From positions 6,166 to 70,165 of the forward strand of contig DUUO01000032.1 of NCBI GenBank assembly GCA_012841525.1: DNA of 64,000 nt, given 5' to 3'. Shown piece after piece: positions 61,701 to 64,000 of the stretch; position 1 is the first letter of the stretch; the number at the start of each line of letters is the position of its first letter. The position numbers and the translations under genes were made by a program. This stretch comes from Clostridiales bacterium. GTDB lineage: Bacteria; Bacillota; Clostridia; Christensenellales; DTU072. The notes under the pieces are model-generated. The model was given only the letters and a program-made list of their open reading frames with translations, was not told where the DNA came from and searched no databases.

Positions 61701-64000
61701 CAAGAACATTAACTGATGTTGGTAACACTAACTATACAATTTTAGAGTCATCAAATTTAACTCAAACATGGGAAATAACACCTAAATCACTTGTTGCAAA
61801 TTGGAGTGGAGAATCACAATATGTATATGCCAACAGTTTATTCGGTCCAACATTAACAATTTCAGGTTTAGTGGGCAGTGATACAATTTCTTATGATGCT
61901 ACAACAAAAATTACAAACAGTAGTGATAGCATTATTGCAAACAATGTTGCAAATTCTTCAGTTGTTGAAATCTCTCAAGATCCTCAAGTCTTTAGAGTTA
62001 ATGCATTGAGTGCTGCAACTTTTTCTACAAAATATCAAGCAAGAGAATATGGCTTATATGAAATTACAAATGTTTCTCTTGTAGATTCTACTGTTTCTAG
62101 AAACTATACTCTTTCTGTTGATACATTCCAATGGACAATAGGGAAGAAAACAATTATCTTTACTTTTGAAGGGAATACTTCGCTAATTTATAATGCTAAA
62201 AATCAAGGAATAAGTATTAAAATATCTGAAGATTCGATATATGAAAATCCTGCAAATACTAGCGGTTTTGATGAAGTGACACTAAATTTAACACTGCTTG
62301 GTAATTTTGAAATAGGCAATGCTCAAATTCAAAATATCGAAAATGATGGTATTTATGAATACTTTGGTAAAAATGTTGGAACTTATAAAATTACTGTTCA
62401 AGATTTAATAACTGGACAAGATGGGCACAATTATGAACTTAGCTCTACAAACATAAAAACTATAACATTTACAATTATTCCAAAAGAAATTTATATTTCC
62501 AATTGGTATATTGGCAATTTTGTTCAAGGCTCTACTGAAAACATTGTATATGATAAAGTAAATCACAATCAATTTACATATGATAATACTAATAAAGTAG
62601 TTACACCAGGATATGAAGTTGGTGCAACAAGTGATGATGATTATAAAGTTTATACACAAGATGCTGGAATGATTACCTTTGAATATTTATCAGATAAGGA
62701 TTTAAATATACAAAAAAATGCTAACGAATATGAAACAACTCCTAAAACTTTATCTACTGGCGTTAGTGCAAACTATGTTGTTGTTTCAAATTCTACAAAT
62801 CCATCTACATTAATATGGAAAATTAACAAGGCAACGGTAACATTAACTTTATCTCCAAGTACACCTCCAACTTATACATATAGTGCCCAAGAACAAGGAA
62901 TATCTTATGAAATTACAGGTATAGCAGCAAATGATACGATTTCACTTGATGTAGATTTTGTCGGACCATTTACTACAAGAGGATTTTTAAGTGGTGAAAG
63001 CCTTGCACAAAATACTACATATATGTTCAAGGGTAGAGATGTATATTTATCTGATGGTGCAGTACAATCATATGAAATTAAAATAAATTCATTAACAGAT
63101 AGCAAAGGAAACATTTCAACAGGAGCAGATTGCAACTATATCTTAGTAAAAACGGATGCTTCATTTATGATTACTCAAAAAACTGTAACGGCAATTTGGG
63201 GAACATATAATTACATATATAACGGTCAAGAACAATCTGTTTTAATGCCACAAGTAAGCGGAAAGTTAAATGGTGATATTGTAGGTTTTTCATTTACATC
63301 AGATTCAGTTAATAAAGCAATAAATGCAGGAACATATACAGCAAAAGTTTCCTCTACACTTATTGGTGAAAGTACATCTAACTATTCATTTGATGGCTCA
63401 CAATTAATTTGGAAAATTGCTACGAAAGAAATTAATTTAGTTTGGGAAGATGATCCAAATGAAACATTATTAACTGATGACTTTTCATATACATATACTG
63501 CAAAACTTATCGGTGTTAGATTATCTTTATTAGGTTTAATTGAGGGTGAAAGTGCATCTGTCAAATATGCAAATGATGGACTTGTCAGCACCACATCCAA
63601 TTATAATGCTAGTGGTATAACACCAGACATAAATAACGTTGATAAACATTATTTTGCTTCAATTAATGCAAGTGAAGGTCAAAATATTTCATATTATGGA
63701 ATTAAAATTACTGAAATTGATGATGAAAATTATCATATTAATCCTTTAAGCAGTAAGACAAAATCGTGGGCTATTGTTAAGAAAACATTAGATTTATCAT
63801 TTACATACACATCTAATGCAGAAGTTGTATATGATGGGTTAAATCATGGAGTAATATTGACAATAGCAGGTATTCAAACTAATGAAAATTCAGTTTTAGA
63901 TGAATTAACTCTATCTTATACTGCTACTAGTGGACTTAACCCAAGCGTTGAAAATTCTAATCCATTTGCAATTGAAAATACTAGCTATACATTCAATGCA
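46763..64000 (+). CDS. Giant repetitive surface protein, 3'-open (at least 5,746 aa in window): signal-anchor, non-repetitive head with three Listeria-Bacteroides-type repeats, then ~35+ tandem Y(D/N)G..AG(T/S)Y..NY modules (MBG/YDG-like adhesin repeats)
   Basis: The frame with codon starts = 2 mod 3 is closed by TAA at 46736-38 and then open to base 64000. The first ATG is at 46763. I hand-translated about 2 kb continuously and spot-checked 50.64, 50.70, 52.08, 53.76-54.04, 55.02, 57.36-57.69, 58.02, 58.92-59.25, 60.24-60.56, 61.02 and 63.96 kb without finding a stop. N-terminus is MFAKSKINNKFKNRFIFATLVVFLFFIVLASF. It is absent from the track, presumably because no stop lies inside the window. 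Confidence 0.9.
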   Translation, partial: MFAKSKINNKFKNRFIFATLVVFLFFIVLASFNFQHITNNFNFGKNIVAEAAGGANGTGRNSAVFYEFTTANLGNMIEFFPKNGFGENEVNKVGYISSAPTHDEDLSFMPFVDPNVIGYKIDSGKQDVYTWMKFKLSREMVALRRMDSLTISVKSHFWTTGYPDGGFLALGIPGLDQDDITYENFILSQPETFFQVMGEQSTLGWPGGNTKIYLDTTVMSYLGDESDEYFYLFANTKTNHNHTSTHGQFEITLNFTSGNSYKLANNAISIDGSPIPRENIGGEIKYRWNNSGNFATVTNTGESENLFWSQHNDILNLQATKDVEGYRFLGWAIFTSKLTFKPVIDVLGINPNVESDLALQNVKNKTQEALEGLAQWIPGDDDVDNLTNRLNLRRSSATGYVVPLEGSHIYAIYAPVYFKLEYRPGEAGNFANVIKRAPPFARYKTGSTDIFPDSDYALLSWEDTSSPANSYAPETSYVFPIVPQINTFDDGYITSTTTYVLIAKWTLVAGEAGAGVTATPYRRVFHDRYVDMYYRIELSGGLSIDKVFVKFNSGDLKNQYIMMDKDPDPNEPNGYIVPYASGSFTILASVTKETYNITYYYPSWSCSPSDSQKKYIPGIGLSSADLPIPTRYGYKFIGWRLNSYSGEIIKTNDQLKNLTGDISLYAYGEKVSTNAVTISDVESFNKYMEFSIDASSYVSYRDQKYDSGFGDHQNHDHFVLNGLNYQSVSKGGIYASNANESGDAIGHGWKSTNTGGTVSMRGDYYISFEGTALQYIRMGAKVEVYATADLDVGSGRNSHITSGYQGSAAMRFGIRKGQTSNNSDEGMFNWNGTIDDYSYKSDEGSYKMTPELAVKSAGWHLNSNHWRYDNVNAASAATDTDPLILDEDCAGVTISLFARFFDEHSSVWYANYARARNMKVYVRFSEGLVETNKVIYKGNGGQIPSTEMNEYSQTFGTTVDTPNYYSTQAQRNRVIEIRNKVQIKVAPNIFERQGYEFLGWSTSSSSTLPDANYGVGSYLNTQGHTYNVSSSGVITRNKAPITLYAVWQRIGRVVASYDVFVGNLNEDGGIYFRPRNTKVRTGAYYLPNNPQTDQNFDYKGFIRSTNAPSIYHLSHDSLIKIANTNHDYNAIYSYKDGNGDSILYPYISGIPEGNTEITQNLIFCYIWELNAPSVEATDKEVVYGTQVNLKDCLNFASIPASDIATHATYKISNGKDADEGTGWKRNNNLITDSYNGNEYYWRDPINNRGVIFEHIESSAYNPANIFQASIYYQKNMGNNIVLTSVNNNAINGGLRVYIYPIVLEVSLNTTNERTYDGTAQNPYFDIEVKSENQVVAPNASISNVYANELENINNNFNHLDKGLKFIISYKYKNFIDSESEIFDSGVKEFKNAGTYTINSLKPIYDQTDQHLEINNYNYVFKVVGDNQSANSIYNVNPMHNLTFARDLKDTTEVDMQSKNLDVVLLYTKKAYGTTAFENTKEIVNEISALLELSQETSHWLMFLDGITQADLQSSNTVDALKVLLVRQGYDASANETSWLSAPADDTDPVKDYNGNILYYEIALRANKLLKETYLSDASDPYNAVYKALANNYNFSAGSLDYSDYLVEEYAELKEILNFYNIFADQNTEKKEINYRGTNEQCFVGVYDKNAEGEGSQKGVWLEISQLEININWTTPDLTYNGLAQGKTGTITGILPNNEVDFYVENANGNISLGTISGSGTPQITNLTSVDAGSYYAKIAIANNNYVLANGDEVEWTIKKAQINFVSTSGYVTGGSYNSDGELLSGDFSQKSFTTDNIYEASKDYGYKWDISGIMQGDSVSFQIARYNNTSFSHDGNEAFPPGISGNIKVMTSYLTGQNCVDDNPTLTLTNLNGGSTLTRYFLAHNVGSYYFRIAGSISDMKNPSSTAKYTKSAPIGKEIDGEFLESDWRNYYIGQYTNDYTEHSFMITKRALSLSWQDVEEKTYNGDYQEILAFYVLGLQGLDEVKLKLRFPEGMQMVEEETEDHVVEDPTTVIPPNLTKDYEMNKNILSSSLYSIRAKDAKTYGIAVLQLEGKHKDNYDFLTAQKEATILKKMLLFEWSDEFNDKDNGRYVYEKGYIGPKLEISNIQSQNNVLDSIKLYINLPTGIKFQTQIRDSDTNQFVNTDIITPSPTNSPIDYETLVSMTNSTNDSFYRFLARDALANAGSYKATIVQISGEHASNYTLANVENLSKEFIIYPKPITLNATSETNFTYNGQSQGVTITASAGDIYSGDVVTFVVPSQGAGSNQYDYSGNNVSKPDYIPGANSHMFKAVYVANYRVVIYGSQNNNYFIKLTDDTIVSSTNPYTLDFRINKLKVGLTWGVLLFTYNGNIHTLSLPTINNKITGEDVNLSWNDGVGYTHAEKNKGNYVARISNSLTGTHADNYTLEGVILTKNWEIVPKLLTFTFNLPDPTPIYSKNFIESASLGINGICAGDNVKLKINATAGIKMQYNNVDYFNPAITSNGFNVTTPLVTADVVYKLLAQNAGSYNITIDANSIQGDSAENYKIDVTYAKTFSINKKVVSINAWYVGDFVYGSNTNVIYNSAHNQFTYDNTNKKVTAGYTIANSGVILPNDGKVYYGDNLSLSYTPSEGYQLNIQKNAGTYNSIVQTTNINYKLKEEKLTLEWKINQATVNIQFIEKVNRKISDFNYTYSGAEQGLYIKFTGIASEDYIKATVEKVGNFSVSGVLTGETEIENNVSYEFSAKHVNYDTVNNVVIPYVVKITQVFDSKGHTGVNSNYKFTVNFPVNKEFTINPVVLDFTWGADEITYTGSEIEYPLPTITNLVPADQSRIYLIKNETLSSPNLWKATAVGTYYAHLSENVGVIGSNGLYDYVMPTESDPNFNKMVKEWRIVKRIIEISQFESFELTYNQTFQIAKILKITGLQNANDDIKIKFRLSANLKVNNYSAEDQEIGASIIGADDYVTPSLNNYVMISSLTADATTIAGQLIAVQAKYGQVAPYQVSALSLESEDEAAANYELSQVSFNFNVAQKTINVVDWYIDDVGQTKYTSSSFVYDGSSKSVYPKGPNGSNLDFIAGDNVSIIYAGHSNSQINAGTYTTTITLGSDLISASYKLEGNTTLTNWIIAKRQILLSWSGDASTTWQTEEMILVTTYDSNDHHIFANILNKIATDDVSFVYNTNATNKDVSTTPYSRTITGLSGSKKDNYTLDGVDNLTKQWKILQRTIKFVWDPNQTMTYNGDYQGVKLNIENIAGNDVLSFMFDATDKVRGTSVSNCYVSTDDANDTISVTNTGVVLSVNFEAKDYGAYTVSINENTGITGVKAGNYNLTGQVLSKTWTIGKKQITFDVTSESPFTYFAQNEQGILVKVNGIVSGDNIVLETSTAGGALTTNELNDVVVNSTTNYNLKAINAGTYDTVVNAISGSSANNYQIPVALPSRTFSFVINKKLIEIIDWYVGDFNPDGGSVLYNSNSFVYDGTSKKVTAGFNIGAESANDKKVYDSDKYTISLLYNTGENPNIQINSGTYNTKVNLANSIPSANYTLSSTDPKLTLSWLISQRVIDLTWPSTLLFVYDGNQKNINATISNIVSGDTVGLVYQNTGTTEIGGETYTYTNSAINSGKYISKVIELVNNTNSNYRLPLESEAALYEKLSKQWEITKREILISWSGADSFEYNANWQGTELSASNFIASESIALMLDITSENPVNVTSTNASVSGSKPNFVLTSEQLSLNANIEGKNAGTFQADLRLADSYTKNYVLTGNLQKIFNITKKIISLAWSGPNSFIYNTENQGVSLTVSGILGSDANLVEFMLTIVGQISLIGAGIITTGQRKLKNGVHNFVAKDAGVYSVKVGENLLGESGANYTLTISPTDTCQFVIAKKNITIPNWYISTYTLGGSNTKYTNSSFTYDGSAKTVVPGYLGGATLANDGRFYTSDLSENMSDAFEFNEASDSNTQINAASYTTEARLSESSPLNTNYLITAGAVLNWLISQKTITVSFTGSSIFTYNGQNQGIAAVVNGIVETEQVKLTTVTNVETKGFDSTISISNGTYNFHSKNAGNYSVSITGVDNANYKLENPPIITDFTISKLTIQLSWGNTTFEYNAFEQGPSIPTISNLIANDTVSLSWDDNTTYTHLETNKGNYVAKISEELSGTSSENYTLYGVTLTKDWKIVAKKITFTFTSENLTYSGNFAQIGTMEVVGVYASDTVKINANVSPGVKLQYNLDDYFDVANGTSPGGLVPTTGLHSGVTYGIFVKDAGSYNFVINTNALLESHPTNNNYEIATTYSQTFTMQRRELSITFSEYYQTYLSAYSYEYSANYQGVRAEISNIVSGEEIYIHFNVTGGSPIKIYTDYSSNNFANDLGNVSNVQTNGNANFDVGFTAVNYGNYTASITHIIDTNGVSSVTGGNYSLPTTKSQSFNIEKKTLTINWQTTTTYVYDKTVKSVVATAGGLISPDVASFVYDETNELQDGRNLQSSAINYGLYRSLIIGLTAESNINYKLPTINLSKDWQIDQKVVDIIWPSTLSFVYDGTSKSVNGTVSNIISGDNISLVYQDEGSIDIGGVTYLYNNVAIPAGKYISKVIALDNNENSNYRLPLESETVLYEKLSKQWEITKRQINISFSGSSNFTYNGQNQGIDIVFSNLVANDCADNTLQITINVSDGVNLINIPIETSGNSNNFTYQVREIDAATYNISFVSMENTNYVIDLTQQASFTISKKVLTLDFEELFTPGMKKGSYEYTYSKGEQGISFSLNGILKRGASLEYEDVTLNASSNTPVSNSTFNNTFEGAKTDTISGSLTAINVIDGQYLANFYINHKNYTLDNLTNSISWKIAKKEIDIKILTLEDADYTDTSFYYDGTTKGIKAIPQYSEVDVNTSNPGVYFGDNVNFVYAGTRQAINANTYNATVNMASSLPSSNYYVNQNVIWKINQKAAIISWVGKNNLADWSYADMPKVIYDGTPHNIIAVVSNAIAGDSFTFTYTGSEDQVNVNLDGNPYSRTLTDVGNTNYTILESSNLTQTWEITPKSLVANWSGESQYVYANSLFGPTLTISGLVGSDTISYDATTKITNSSDSIIANNVANSSVVEISQDPQVFRVNALSAATFSTKYQAREYGLYEITNVSLVDSTVSRNYTLSVDTFQWTIGKKTIIFTFEGNTSLIYNAKNQGISIKISEDSIYENPANTSGFDEVTLNLTLLGNFEIGNAQIQNIENDGIYEYFGKNVGTYKITVQDLITGQDGHNYELSSTNIKTITFTIIPKEIYISNWYIGNFVQGSTENIVYDKVNHNQFTYDNTNKVVTPGYEVGATSDDDYKVYTQDAGMITFEYLSDKDLNIQKNANEYETTPKTLSTGVSANYVVVSNSTNPSTLIWKINKATVTLTLSPSTPPTYTYSAQEQGISYEITGIAANDTISLDVDFVGPFTTRGFLSGESLAQNTTYMFKGRDVYLSDGAVQSYEIKINSLTDSKGNISTGADCNYILVKTDASFMITQKTVTAIWGTYNYIYNGQEQSVLMPQVSGKLNGDIVGFSFTSDSVNKAINAGTYTAKVSSTLIGESTSNYSFDGSQLIWKIATKEINLVWEDDPNETLLTDDFSYTYTAKLIGVRLSLLGLIEGESASVKYANDGLVSTTSNYNASGITPDINNVDKHYFASINASEGQNISYYGIKITEIDDENYHINPLSSKTKSWAIVKKTLDLSFTYTSNAEVVYDGLNHGVILTIAGIQTNENSVLDELTLSYTATSGLNPSVENSNPFAIENTSYTFNA
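51750..64000 (+). repeat. In-frame tandem array of ~290-380-bp coding modules inside the giant ORF, with ~1.3-1.45-kb higher-order periodicity
   Basis: Recurring pattern: [KR]-x-[IL]-x-[ILV]-x-W ... (F/V/T)-Y-(D/N)-G ... SGD/AGD ... (N/K)AG(T/S)Y ... NY-x-L ... W-x-I-x-K-[KR]. Hand alignments of distant modules give 52/94 identities (53762-54043 vs 58964-59245) and 74/107 identities (57368-57688 vs 60242-60562), both ungapped. Confidence 0.8.

Overview
This is an AT-rich bacterial chromosome segment (roughly 30% GC by eye). It uses the standard genetic code: every long ORF closes on TAA, TAG or TGA, and TGA is never needed as a sense codon.

Synteny looks like a reduced low-GC Bacillota or Mollicutes-related genome: rlmN-rsgA-rpe, divergent rpmB, asp23-DAK2-recG, infC-rpmI-rplT, and maf followed by an MreB-like gene. 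A finer lineage guess (Acholeplasma/RF39/Erysipelotrichia-like) is low-confidence inference.

Bases 1-46134 are mostly housekeeping genes:
- Translation: thrS, valS, der, ribosomal proteins.
- Glycolysis: an ATP-PFK next to a PPi-type PFK.
- Others: parE/parC, guaB, proA, ppx/gppA, pgsA, two glycosidases and rdgB.
- A few accessory surface or membrane genes are interspersed: a GLUG-repeat lipoprotein, a membrane-anchored tandem DUF1508 protein, and a frame-broken triple-repeat membrane gene.

The main finding is absent from the supplied ORF track. From ATG 46763 to the last base of the window (64000), one reading frame stays open for 17,238 nt (5,746 codons) with no stop. It encodes the N-terminal part of a giant surface protein:
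- a signal-anchor;
- a non-repetitive head of about 1,250 aa carrying three Listeria-Bacteroides-type GY.F.GW repeats;
- one Y-D-G module, then a roughly 220-aa non-repeat insert;
- about 35 or more tandem modules of 95-125 aa of MBG/YDG-like adhesin type, arranged in a higher-order block of about 1.3-1.45 kb (roughly four modules).

A second recurring oddity is that several housekeeping genes (recG, thrS, pfkA, a 2-hydroxyacid dehydrogenase) are followed by degenerate tandem 'echo' copies of their own last codons plus stop codon.

I saw no rRNA, tRNA, CRISPR array, transposase or integrase. All family calls rest on motif reading only; no database search was possible.
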